Part shown: positions 1 through 36,758 of the stretch, piece after piece
Position numbering within the stretch: the first letter of the stretch is position 1
How the letters are laid out: every line of letters starts with the position of its first letter
Assembly: GCA_002269645.1 (NCBI GenBank)
Contig: NIVC01001036.1
Span: 311,681 to 375,680, forward strand
Origin: Macrostomum lignano
Taxonomy: Eukaryota
DNA length: 64,000 nt
Reading direction: 5' to 3'
The notes under the pieces: generated by a model
Seen by the model: the letters and a program-made list of their open reading frames with translations, nothing else
What the model was told of the DNA's origin: nothing
The model's database searches: none
Translations under genes and position numbers: made by a program

Positions 1-1864
1 CAACGCTAATCATCGTTTGTTTAAAATGGTTTTTTGCACGCATGATATAACACCTTAAACAACTGCATTGGATCGTTGTTACATCACGCAGTTCCTTGAC
101 GCACTTGTGTCCATCGTATTTAAATACACATGCGCACTAGCTTATTGTGCGCCCCAGCTCGTAGCCGAAAAAAATTCAAGAAAAAATGCTGCTCATTTTT
201 CCTCACGCACTACTCACAGCAAACCAGTAGACAAATCGGCATTTTGCTATCTGGCCGCCAGCCGACGCCAAAAATATTTCTCCGCCTCGGCATCCCGCAC
301 TCTGCCCTGCACGGCAGCCCCTCTACATGGATGGGACGCCCGACCGGCTCGAGCCCAGTTGCTGGGGTGACACACCCTGATCGCTGCTTTGCCTCATCCA
401 CGCCCAAAGCAGAAAATGGGGAGGGGAAAGCAACGAGGAGAGGAGACGGAAGAGAGCTGGGGGAGGAGGGGAGAGGAGATAAGGAAGAGGAACACGAGTG
501 GGACGGGAGCGGAGGCCGGCGATACGAAGCGCCGATCCCGAGCATTGGGGCGACCTGCACTTTTGCGCATTGATCGCATTCCACGCCACCACCAACCCCC
601 GCTCCGGCTGCTGCCCACCTTCTCGCTCCCGCCACTCCACTCTCCCTCTCCCCTTACTCTCCTATCCTACCCCTCGCATTCTCTTCTATTGCCAAAGCAG
701 TGCATCGCGCGGGTACAGATAGCGCAGTTATCCCTCACTATACTGCGCATTTGAATTTCTTTCCCTTCTTTTTTCTCCCTTCTATCTCCTGTCTCTCCTC
801 AGCTTAGCCATCGTGCAGGGCTGCTGCCTACCAGCGAGAACACTGCATGCAACTATGTGAACATTTAGAGAGGCCTTTTTTATGGCACCCCCATCCTTAG
901 ATCGGCAATGATGATGAACGAACAGGTTCCATGAATACGCTAGCTAGTTCGGTAGTGCAGTGCGTAAGCGCGGTGCAGCAGCATTACGAAGAAGTCCCTG
1001 TCCCCAATAACTAGCCAGACAGTTTCGTAATTGCCTAATATAGGTGTGAGAATATGCAGCACCCGAGACAGCAACTTGGAGCGCTGCCAAACAGTGTCAT
1101 TGAGTACAGGGTTAGCACTTTGAGCACCTGATAGCTAATTTTGTTAGCTCAATGGCAATATTATATAAATCCTACATGGGAGCAAAAACACGATGGACTA
1201 TGGAAACTTATTTCTAAGCAAAGAAATGCTGCGTCTTGAATCGCGCCAGAAACGCCCCAGAACTATAAAATAAAACTAACTATATATAGTGTAAATTTAC
1301 GCAGCAAAATAGACAAAATTCAGCATTCACGCTATGGCAAGATTAACTGCAAAACAGGGCCGGCGGCCTGCCTCCGCCGCAGCTCCCATCATGTGTGCCA
1401 GAGCTAAAGCTGCATTGATGGCTTGCTGCTGCACAGACATACATACAGACGCAACTGCGAACGGGTCTGATACAAACTATTGCAATACTTCTATGCGTAT
1501 ATACAGGCATTATTGTTGGGCTGCTGGGCAGTTGCGCGCATATCTGCGCATTCCACCAGATAAAGAGGCTGTTTGGGGGGTGGGAGAGCACTTGGAAACC
1601 ATGGCATGTATAGGAGGCATGGTACAGGTTTCTGCCTGCCACACAGCCTTGCCAAGTACGAGAGGCATGTAGCTTCACTGCAGATGGGAGAGGCAGATTA
1701 GACAAAGGAAAAAACGGTAAAAAAGGGACTCAATGCAAACTGCTGCTCATCTGCTCGAGTCGGGCCACGCAAAACTGGGCTCCGCCTTTCTTATTTGTCT
1801 TCTTCCTTTGTTTTTTCTGCTTCAAGCCAACGAACGGGCCAGCAAGCAGTTTTGCGAATTCACT

Positions 1865-1865
<1 letters not shown>

Positions 1866-1922
<57 letters not shown>
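1866..1922. repeat. (CT)n microsatellite
   Basis: Perfect dinucleotide run. Confidence 0.98.
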
Positions 1923-1925
<3 letters not shown>

Positions 1926-4900
1926 TTTTGGGGCGTGGAGCCGGGAGGCAAAGGGAGATGGGAGTGGCAGAGTGTTGTTGCATTTTGGGCGGAGAAATGA
2001 GACTTCTTCTTCAAGTCGCCACCCATCGAGAGCCACACCCAGCTCAAGGCGGGATCTGCGGGGACCCCTCCCACCCGCAGGCCGGCCCCACCATTGATGC
2101 AGGATTTTGCCGGGGATTGCTCAGAAAATCCCCCGCAAACCAAAGTGCTTCTGTTTTCCTCGAATTCCTAATTTTTCACTTATCCGCGAGAGGCCAACAA
2201 CGCCCAATTTTTTATATATTCCGAAAACTGCTTTACTGCCCCAACGTGACCTATTTTGCTCTCTTAAAGGTATAAAACAGAAGGATAATGAAGGCAGGAT
2301 CAGGGCGGATGCAGAGTGAGAGAAAGATCAGCAGCACCCAGAGCCAAAGAGAGCAGCTGCCGAATGGTAAAGGAGGCATCAGAGAGAGAGGGGGGGAGGG
2401 GGTTCTGAGGGTCCGGCAGAGACGGAGTAGCCTTTCCCTTGACTCCCCTTATCAAAGCTGTGCGAGCAGCCGGCCCACACACACACACACACACAGTGCA
2501 CTGTACAGTCAGGCCATGTGCAGCAGCGCAATCGCCCAGGCCTTCACACTAAGACAGGGGGAGGGAGGGAGAGGGAAGGGGGTGGATGCCCTCAATGCTT
2601 TCTTGGCTGGCCTCAATACAGTGCGAGAAGAGGCAGCCCGGTCCGTACGGCGCAGGCGCAGGAAGGGAGCCGGGGGAGGAGGAGAACAGGAAAATCATTC
2701 ATGGAATGCGCCTTCTCCTCTATCTTATTACTAGGCGCCAGCAAGGGGCAGAAATAGTGGGAAGTGGTGGCAGAGTAGCGGCCGAGGGCTAGTAGAAAAA
2801 AAAGAACTTTAACGGGCAAATGGGCGAAGACTGGGAAGGAGAGTGTGAGAGGGAACGGAGGGAACGGAGGACAGAGCAAGGCTTCGTATCTTATTCCTTT
2901 TTCTAGCCTAATCCGCTCCCTCTATCCTTGCCAGGCGGTGAGGTGGTGCAGCGGCGGAGTGAGTCGAAAGGGGGGGGGTGGCTGAGCAGCCCTGTAGAGC
3001 ACCCGGGCCAGGCAGCAATTCCATTCACTACGCTGAGGGCTTGCGGAAGGAGCAAGTATTGAGGCGGGGGAATTGTGGCAGCCAGGAAAGGCGAAAGAAG
3101 GAAGAGATGGACGGCAAGCCTGTACTCGGCAGATTCAGCTGTGCTATACAGGACCTATCTCAGCTCCTAACCCCCCCCCCCCCCGAATGTAATGCGCCGA
3201 GCAGCCTGTCGGGGGCTTGAGAAGGAAAATGAGGAGAATGAAGGGCTGCCTTAGCTGGGCGTTGCACGAATGCGCCGAAAATCCGTCTCAGATTAAAGCT
3301 GGGAGATGGGAAGGAGAAAAATGAGAGGCAGGGCAGCGCTGGCTGATGAAGAGGAGAGAGAGCATGGAAGAGTAGACAGCGAGGGCAGAGAATGGGCGGA
3401 GGCGTACTGGGGCATCCCGGAGCAAGAGATGGGAAATGATACGAGGAGAAAAGAGAAAGGGCGGGGCGCGCACAGACGGAGGCGAAAGAAATAAGGCAGG
3501 TATTGGAGCTAATGCAGCAGCCCTGAGACGGACAGCAGCCTGCATGCCACTTATTCCTTTATCGTTTATCCAGGCTGCAATAGCCGGCATGTGAATTTTG
3601 GGGACAGGGATGAAAAGTGAAAGAAGACAAGGGGGGCATTATGCCGCAACCAACCACACCCTGATCGGGTTTTTTCTAGTGCTAAATTTGGAAACAAACT
3701 CAATGCACGCACAGGGATGCCTATAACAGTTCAGACTTGTGAATAATGAAAATTAATCAAATAATTAAAACATTAGCCAACGACAAAATCGAAATGAAAC
3801 TTTGTCAAGCTTTTGTATTAGATTCTTGGTAACACGGCAAATAGATATCCATTTATTTAAGTTTGCTTTCAATTTTAATGCGTCAGTAAAACCCGATCGG
3901 TGCTGCGTGACAAAACTGATTAGCGCTTGCACGTTATAGTTTAGTGCGTAGTAAAAGTATATATATGTATATATAAGGGCCAAGAGATAGACAATATAAG
4001 TATACCAGTACAATGATTTCAAGTATAAGACGGATGTATAATATTAACTATTAAAGAGAGAACCAGTTCAAACGCAAATTCACACCCAAATATCTTATAA
4101 TAAGCTTTCTAATCTGTTATCCTCTGGGTTACGTATTATATAATAACTCAACTGTTATGCGTATATACACAAAACCACGGCTATTATTAATTTTGTATTC
4201 AATACAGTACAGAGCGATTAATCTTGAATAAAAAAATGTCCAAAGTGGTTTGCCTGGCTTAACCGCGTACAAAAAAAACACAGATCGGGTTTATATTGCT
4301 AGCGACAATGCGGCATTAATTAATTAATTAAAATCAGCGCCTTAGCACTATCCGGAACACAGTTTGAAGCGTGCGACTATTAGCATTGTATAATCCAAGT
4401 AATAGCTTTAATAATAAGATTATTATAGAAATCCAGTTCCGCCTCCCAGTCCGGGGAGAGGGGCAACAAGTCGTAGTTAAGAATCGGAGAGAGAAAAAAC
4501 ACACGAATTTGCAAAAGAGATTTGAGACAGACGAGGGCAGTCGGCGGGCGGGCTGAATCGCAATAAAAAATGTAACTAGAAGAGAATTAAACAACACCGA
4601 AAATAGCCTCTGAATTTGCTTTCTGACTAGCGGAGACTGAAAGGAGTAACAAATGTTGGTTGGGATGAACGGGCGGTGGTCAGTTGGTGTCTGGGCACGA
4701 AAAAGGCTAAAAAAGCGACTTAAATTTATTCGATATAAATATAGGAAAGCTAACAATAAGAATAGTAATGATAATAATAATATTGGCCTGTTAATATATC
4801 TGTCTACAAGGATTGTTAACAAATAACGGAGATGCTAAATTTTCTTTTTAATTGAAACAAAGAACAGTAGTTTTCTATAACAAATACACAGGGAACACGT

Positions 4901-5738
4901 GTAACTGCGAATATGTAGTATTCTTACATATACACGGGGCCGTAGCGAGGGGGTTGTAATTTATAGGAAGCGGGATTGAAACAGTTAAAGGGAAAAGCAG
5001 ACACACACAGACACAGACAGATTAACTGGATAAGGCTTATATCTATCATTTCTACTTGAGTTTTTTTAGCTTAGGGGTAGCTAGCTACAAGGGAGGGTAG
5101 GGGAGAGAAGAGTAGGCTGCTGGGACCAGGCGGTGATGGAGCTGAGCAGCCGCGGAGATACATAATATTAAAATAGTAATTATAAACCGATAGTAGAAAC
5201 GGTGCATGGCGGAGACTAGAGAGCTGATCATTATAAATAAATATATATATATATGCATAACATGAATATAACTATAAAAAACACAATGCCGGAGACACAG
5301 GTGCTAAATAACACAGACAAGTTAATGGCTGAGGCCGGCCAATTACTTATTAACGTGTAACAGTTGCTTGTGTAAAGACTAAAGAAGCCAAGCAAAGCAA
5401 ACAAGTTGTCAAGGATAGATGGATATTAATTAGAAAAATTGAGTGTCTTTAAAAACTTCTAAGCTGACAGGGCACAGCGGCGGTACCAACCATACAGAAT
5501 AGAAAATAACAGTAGGGTAAAATAAAATATATTGACTTATTGCATAGAGTTGGCTGGCTTAAAACGCTGTTAGGTGTGCGCTGAACAAAGCTCGGACAAT
5601 GAGACACACACACAAGTAAGCGATATTAGGCCCTAGCGTAGCATTGTTAGATTTCATACATTCGCAGCCACCCTGATTTACACTGGCCATGAGACCTACT
5701 TTTTGATAAAAAAATTCAACTTACCTGTGAAAAATTTG

Positions 5739-5802
5739 GGGTAAACGGCAGGAGTAACTATGACTGTATTATTAAAGCGAAATGCTTCGTCATATAATTA
5801 GT
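5739..5802 (+). other. Degenerate 28S/LSU rRNA fragment (helix 68-71 region, R2 target region), not a functional rRNA gene
   Basis: GTAAACGGCAGGAGTAACTATGACT...AAATGCTTCGTCATATAATTAGT aligns without gaps, about 52/62 by eye, to the remembered eukaryotic LSU GTAAACGGCGGGAGTAACTATGACTCTCTTAAGGTAGCCAAATGCCTCGTCATCTAATTAGT. Confidence 0.75.
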
Positions 5803-6462
5803 ACTACCGTTTGTATTATTTTGGGATTTTTGTGATTTACCCCTGGTCTACCACAATTTACAGGTCGGCCATGAACTGAGATAAACAATTATATTCTATA
5901 TAAATTTCTACAACTGTACTGGTTATTGTGTCTGTCTGCCTGAGCATTGCAACAGCACAGACTTATGCAATAAGCTTGCGTCCAGAGCCGAATGGTGTTC
6001 AGACATCAACTATTCGGATTATAAAAGCGCAGTAAGAGCATCATTGAATAATATTTATAATATTAGTTCGCTACAGATTCATATAGAAAATCATTTTCTT
6101 TTTTTTTAAAAATTGCAAAACACACAGGAAAACCAACAGACTGTGTCAAAGGTGTTGCGCAACTGACACAGAAAATAACATACACACAGAAAGATAAGGT
6201 GACACTATTATATAATAGTAAGTAACGCGGGGTTCAGTACACGATTTTCGTTTAAAGTAATAATATAACAGAAGAGTATGGATGGTGGGTGGCAGAACAC
6301 ACAGAGGGCCAAGGCGAGGCCGTGAGTGTGAGAGTCAATTTAACTGGGCGAGAGAGACCATGGGATAAGAGAGAGAGACAGATGGGATATTTCAGGTCAA
6401 TTTTCGCGCAAAACGCAGTCTCGGGGGCGCGGCGGCATCCGCTCCCCGCAGTGCGCCTGCGG

Positions 6463-17455
<10,993 letters not shown>

Positions 17456-18439
17456 AAACAGAAGATCAAATTTCTTTCAAAAAGTGGTACCCACCTTAGG
17501 GGTGCCTGACAAAGCTGCTGGTTGAGCTTTGAGGGTCAAAATGAAATATAATTAAAGCTACTACTATGAATTAGTTGAAGTAAAAAAACAAATTAGCATA
17601 TTGAAGAGCCATTTTTGCAACAAAATTCTAAACGTAGTTCATTCAATATTTCAACAAATAAAGTGCCTAATAAGATTAAAATTATGTCCAATGGACTCTG
17701 GACTCGAGAGCTCAAGTTGATATGCTACTACAGGTACAGTACTACAGTACAGTGCCTCTAAGCTATATTCACCACGTCACTCTACAACTTGGGAGCTGAG
17801 TAGATAATTATTCTTTGTTTCTTTGTCGCTTTAATCACAGCCAGCTGATTTCATGTCTCAAGTAGTTATATAGAAATTTGCTGAAAAATTCCAGCCAATG
17901 ATGAATTGCGTATGTTTATATTTTCAAAAAAGTGCTCTTATTTTTTTCATCGCAAAAGAAGAGAAGCAAAGTCGTTAAAAACGCAACGCGTTAAAAAATG
18001 GTGTAAGTTTTTATTTTATGCTGCATAGCTTTCCCATCTATTGATAGTTAGGGCTTAAATTTCAGAATTTTTAAAGTTATTGACCAAAATTCTGCATCTG
18101 CATCTTACATAACCGTAATTTGTTGCTCTTACCTCATCTTTGTTGCAATTAATTTCAAATCTCACTTTAAGCATTATGGTGAAAGGCAACATTAAAAAAT
18201 CTTATTTCAATTAGTATTTCCTTACCACCTATTTAGCTTTGTCTCTAAGGTTAAAAATCTTGGCCCATGGCCTTGTGTTTATGACAAGGAATCCTATATT
18301 TGCATGTTGCGCTTTTGAGGAAGCGACATTTCCAATTTTGATTGTATTCGATATGGACCAAATACTGTATATCGATTGGGGAATTAATCTTGAAGGATTA
18401 GATGATATGCCTCAACGCCTTCCTTGACATCCCCCCGCT

Positions 18440-19621
18440 GGATATCTTTGTCCGCAAGGAATCTGCTAAGACTGATTTACACCGGCTTTCGTTTCCTGCC
18501 CACAGGGCCCATGGCTAAGCACAAGCTCCGCCTCACGCTGACTCTGCCTCAAAGACTTGGAGAGACGGCGCGGTGAGCTCCACGTCTTATCTGACGGCGC
18601 GTCTCGCACTAACAACCTCTCAGCGCTACAAGGTCACCATCCCTTCAAGTGATGTTGCCACTGACCACTGGAATTTCCATGCAGGAGGCCCATTGTTACA
18701 CGGACGGATCCATCATAAAGACTGCTACGATCATCATCAATGGCCGCGTCACTGCCATGCATGCCCAGCACACTGGCAATCTCCACGGTCTTCCAGAACG
18801 AAGTCCTTGCTATCAGCTTCTACGCTGCAGAGCTGAATGCCAAATGGTACGAGTGGAGGGACTATATATAGTCATCGTCAGTCGCCGACTACGCCCGGCA
18901 GCTCAACCTCCTGGATAGCAATACTGTCAGGCTGAAGTAGATCCAGGACACGCAGGGTTCCCGGAGCGAGTTGGCAGACACCCTCGCCAAAAGGGGCGGC
19001 TCTGCATGGCTCCCTCCTACACCCAGAGCCCCTGGTCCCTGCCTATCTCTTCTACCAGTCATCAATCTTAAGATGGATGACTGGGCTGATTCCCTTCACG
19101 TGACTGATGCGGGCGCCCAGAACTTCCGACAATCACGTGCTGCGGTTCCGTGCCCTCCTCGCAGGCTCAGAAACATCCTTCTGAACGAAACCGGAAGAAT
19201 ATTCGCGCCCTCGTCATGACCTATATCCCGGCCATGGCTACCTCGCCAGGCAGCTGTTTCCTCCGAGGCGACCTCAAGAGTGAACTTTGCCTCTTTTGCG
19301 AATACGACAATGAAGATGCTCAGCTCTTTGTCTGTCACTGCCCTTAATTCTTTATCAGAGACCGGCGTCAGAGTCCATTGACGAGGTCTGCCAGCCCGAC
19401 AGCATCCCACGACTCATCCAGTTTCTCAGGGCGACAAGACGAGCCACGTTCTTGATCCCTACGGAAGATCACACTGTAGGACGGACCGGCGCGCGGACCA
19501 CCCTGACCGGCCCCACGCCTCTGCTTGTTTGCGGGCTTTCAGGTGTTATCGGAATGGGCGACCCTCGCCTCCCCACTGTGTCTACGGATCACCCTGCAGC
19601 TAAGTCAAGTACAAGTAAGTC
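18440..19621 (+). mobile_element. 5'-truncated, frameshifted non-LTR retrotransposon (I/Ingi/Loa/R1-type): RNase H + C-terminal zinc-finger remnant + 3' UTR
   Basis: YTDGS at 18697-18711; VRLK*I(P)GHAGFP..ELADTLAKRG at ~18925-19000 (RNase H WVPGH..GNE.AD..AK motif). GHGYLARQLF/LRGDLKSELCLFCEYDNEDAQLFVCHCP lies at ~19230-19345, then LIQFLRATRR and a short AAGT(C/A) tandem tail at ~19600-19621. The left boundary is approximate. Confidence 0.8.
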
Positions 19622-20020
19622 AGCATTAAGATATGCATAAATTAAGCATGTGTACACGCTTAGTTTGGCGTGAAAATGTATTAGCTGCAATTTAAATAAA
19701 GGTACATGTTCAAAGTACATACGTATGTAACTTGTTAAACATGTATGTTTACATGTGAAGTACATCAATTAGAAATGATACTGCTATTAATCAAATATAC
19801 GCGTATTGAAATTAATTAAGCAATTAAAAAACGAAATCCAGCACAAATATTCACACTAGAGAAATATTTAAACTTACTGTATAAAAAGGCTGCAAAAATA
19901 TTTTAATTATTTACTGCGTTCTGGGTTCTGGAACTCTCAAATAATGTACGTGTACTTTGTACATGAAAGTGATGAATTGTAACTGTTTTTCAGAAATTGG
20001 CTCAAGATATTTGGCCTGCT

Positions 20021-31549
<11,529 letters not shown>

Positions 31550-31680
31550 TGGCGGAGCTAGGGTTCTGAAATGGATGATACGTTCCTGGCTGATAACTCC
31601 GGGTGGGATGGAATACGAGCTTAAAGTGTGCCAAGGTGAAGTAAAGTGATGCAGAATTGCAAGAGTTTTTGTTTGCAAGA

Positions 31681-31985
31681 GATTACACAAGATTACACAC
31701 CTGCCCCAATGGCCAGACCGACAGCTAGCTCAGCCGCAGCTATTGCGCAGCGCATGTGAAGGCTGCGTACGGCTGTTCAGTCCAAGGACTGGGGGGGGGG
31801 GGTCCAAGGACACACACCCTCAGTTTAACCCAGCTAATGCTGGCCCCCATTTTACAGCTGGGTGAACTGAAGCAATGCAGATTTAAGTGTCTTGCTCAAT
31901 GACACAAATTGTTCTGAGTGGGTTTGGAATCGAACCCCAGACCTTTCAGTCGTGAGTCCGACGATCTAGCCACTACTCTAGATTA
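31681..31985 (-). mobile_element. tRNA-derived SINE with CORE/Nin-like central domain and short tandem tail
   Basis: Minus strand reads TAGAGTAGTGGCTAGA (A box)...GGGGTTCGATTCC (B box), then TGTGTCATTGAGCAAGACACTTAA...TCAGTTCACCCAGCTGTAAAATGGG (resembles the remembered CORE/Nin SINE consensus), ending in (GTGTAATCT)n. Confidence 0.8.
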
Positions 31986-32264
31986 ACGCTAAGATTGATA
32001 CCGACCTACCTCACGAAAAGTGGAAACGAACGAAATTTCCGTTGTTTATGGTTGAAATGAAATTTTATTAACAGTAAAAGTAATGCATTGTTATTTTAAA
32101 CGTTAAACGCTTACGCTCGTACACTAAAGACCAGGACGAATGACGCAAGCCCAGTTGGGTGCCAAGAGGTAGCTGAGTTTCTCAATTAACCTCAATCTCT
32201 CAATATTGCTGTTCTATAACAGAGTCTAATATAATGTAGCTCGTAGATGCCAAGTCTGATCGAT

Positions 32265-32305
32265 TCTTCTGATTGGATGCCGATAAGAGGCGGAACCCTA
32301 TGAAA
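32265..32305. promoter_or_regulatory. Possible CCAAT box (CTGATTGG) plus GC-box-like AGGCGGA upstream of the DTHD1-like gene
   Basis: Motifs ~720 bp upstream of the ATG; motif match only. Confidence 0.25.
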
Positions 32306-32574
32306 TTTTAGCGAGTGAATTAGACACTATAGCTGGACTACTATAATTGACAGCACAGCCTATTGCGGGCACTAGCAAGCTATAAGCTGCAGGTACCAAC
32401 TAGAAGAAGGAGCGGTAACAGACAGCTGATTGAAACTTGATTAATTAGTGAACAATCCAATTGGGTTGTGTAGTTGTTAAAAAAATTAATGCCCAAGTTA
32501 GATTACTGCTTCAACCCCTCCAGTGTACAGGTAATAGCACAGGTATAAGTACAGATATAGTATACGTAGTACGA

Positions 32575-32645
32575 GGTACCTGTACACTATAGGTACCTGT
32601 ACACTATAGGTGTCTGTACACTATACATGTAGGGTACCTGTACAC
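32575..32645. repeat. Short degenerate tandem repeat (AGGTACCTGTACACTAT), 3-4 copies
   Basis: Direct reading. Confidence 0.7.
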
Positions 32646-33341
32646 TGTTCTGACTAAAAAACTAGGCCTAATTCTAAGAATCTTAGGTTACATGCAGTTT
32701 TATCCAGTTACATCAGCTCTAACTAATTCAGTACCAAATATATGATCCTTGACTCAATTGATGTCCAAAGCTACCTCTATTTTAGAGGTTGGAATTAACT
32801 GCAGACGGAACAACATTTTCCTGTTTGCCTCAATCTGATTAGCAGTTTAACTAGTCAGAGATTTAGATACTTAATTAGTGCTTGTAATCAGTGGTGATGA
32901 ATTAAAAATGCAGAAAACATTTCGGACAAGTAAATATTGTATAAGTACGCTCGTAGTGCGCCTGCAACGCAAGCACAATTTAGCTGGATTTGACTTTGAA
33001 TCCGATTCAACCCTCAGTCGCTGCGCTGCTAAGGGTGACAATGCAAGGAAGCAGGCCAAGAACTTAAATGGCTGCTCACGGCAGTATTGAAGACGCGGGA
33101 GAACTTGAAAAAAGATGTGCAGGCTTTGGAGTATTTATAGCTAAGCAGGTAGGAAAGAGGATCCGGGAGCCTTAATTGCACCAGGCCAGGCCCCCAAAAC
33201 GCGGTATTGAAAGAGGAATTGCGGCACCGACCATCTTTGCCACATCCGGATGTGGAGTTGCGGGGGATTAAAAAGCTGTTTCTTGCTCTTAATGGCATGA
33301 TTAATTTTTTTCCAATGCATGGCACCTTTCATAAGAATAAA

Positions 33342-33696
33342 TGTACGATCGTCAATAGGTGTACGATCGTCAATAGGTGTACGATCGTCAATAGGTGTAC
33401 GATCGTCAATAGGTGTACGATCGTCAATAGGTGTACGATCGTCAATAGGTGTACGATCGTCAATAGGTGTACGATCGTCAATAGGTGTACGATCGTCAAT
33501 AGGTGTACGATCGTCAATAGGTGTACAATCGTCAATAGGTGTACGATCGTCAATAGGTGTACGATCGTCAATAGGTGTACGATCGTCAATAGGTGTACGA
33601 TCGTCAATAGGTGTACGATCGTCAATAGGTGTACGATCGTCAATAGGTGTACGATCGTCAATAGGTGTACGATCGTCAATAGGTGTACGATCGTCA
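33342..33696. repeat. 18-bp minisatellite TGTACGATCGTCAATAGG, about 19.7 nearly identical copies
   Basis: Direct reading; a single variant (CG>CA) near 33527; no spacers. Confidence 0.98.
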
Positions 33697-33938
33697 GGCT
33701 GCATGCATTATTAGTTTTGTAAACAACAAGTCTTTTTACTATAGCTTATATGTTTCTTAAAATATTGCAGCGAACTTTTAGCCTTTCTCTCTGGTGCACA
33801 CGTGTAATTAAATGTACATATTGTCAGAAACTTGATTCTACCCGAAAACAAAATAGTGAACAATATTCTACGAGTATATTTAGATGCACGATTACAATTT
33901 ACACGATTACGATTTCATTAAAATCGATTATGTTTATA

Positions 33939-36758
<2,820 letters not shown>

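Noticed and set aside
4334-4822. 162-aa hydrophobic ORF (membrane or mitochondrial-insert protein)
   Set aside because: No recognisable motif; hydrophobicity follows from AT-rich composition downstream of G-alpha-q.
5718-5727. ACTTACCTG as a U1 snRNA 5' end
   Set aside because: The downstream sequence has no U1 stem-loops or Sm site; it is just a 9-mer (also a CAG|GTAAGT on the minus strand with no open exon).
5741-5802. Functional rRNA gene or C/D snoRNA guide
   Set aside because: Only ~62 nt of LSU with no flanking rDNA; no convincing C and D boxes around the antisense stretch.
32000-32900. RFX X-box upstream of the DTHD1-like gene
   Set aside because: No good GTTNCCATGGNAAC-type match was found by eye.
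32871-33330. Possible coding fragment (LKWLLTAVLKTRENLKK...ELRHRPSLPHPDVELRG)
   Set aside because: Interrupted by stops, with no splice context or recognisable domain; at most an unidentifiable decayed fragment.
33342-33696. CRISPR-like regular array
   Set aside because: Pure tandem 18-mers with no unique spacers, in a eukaryotic context with no cas genes.
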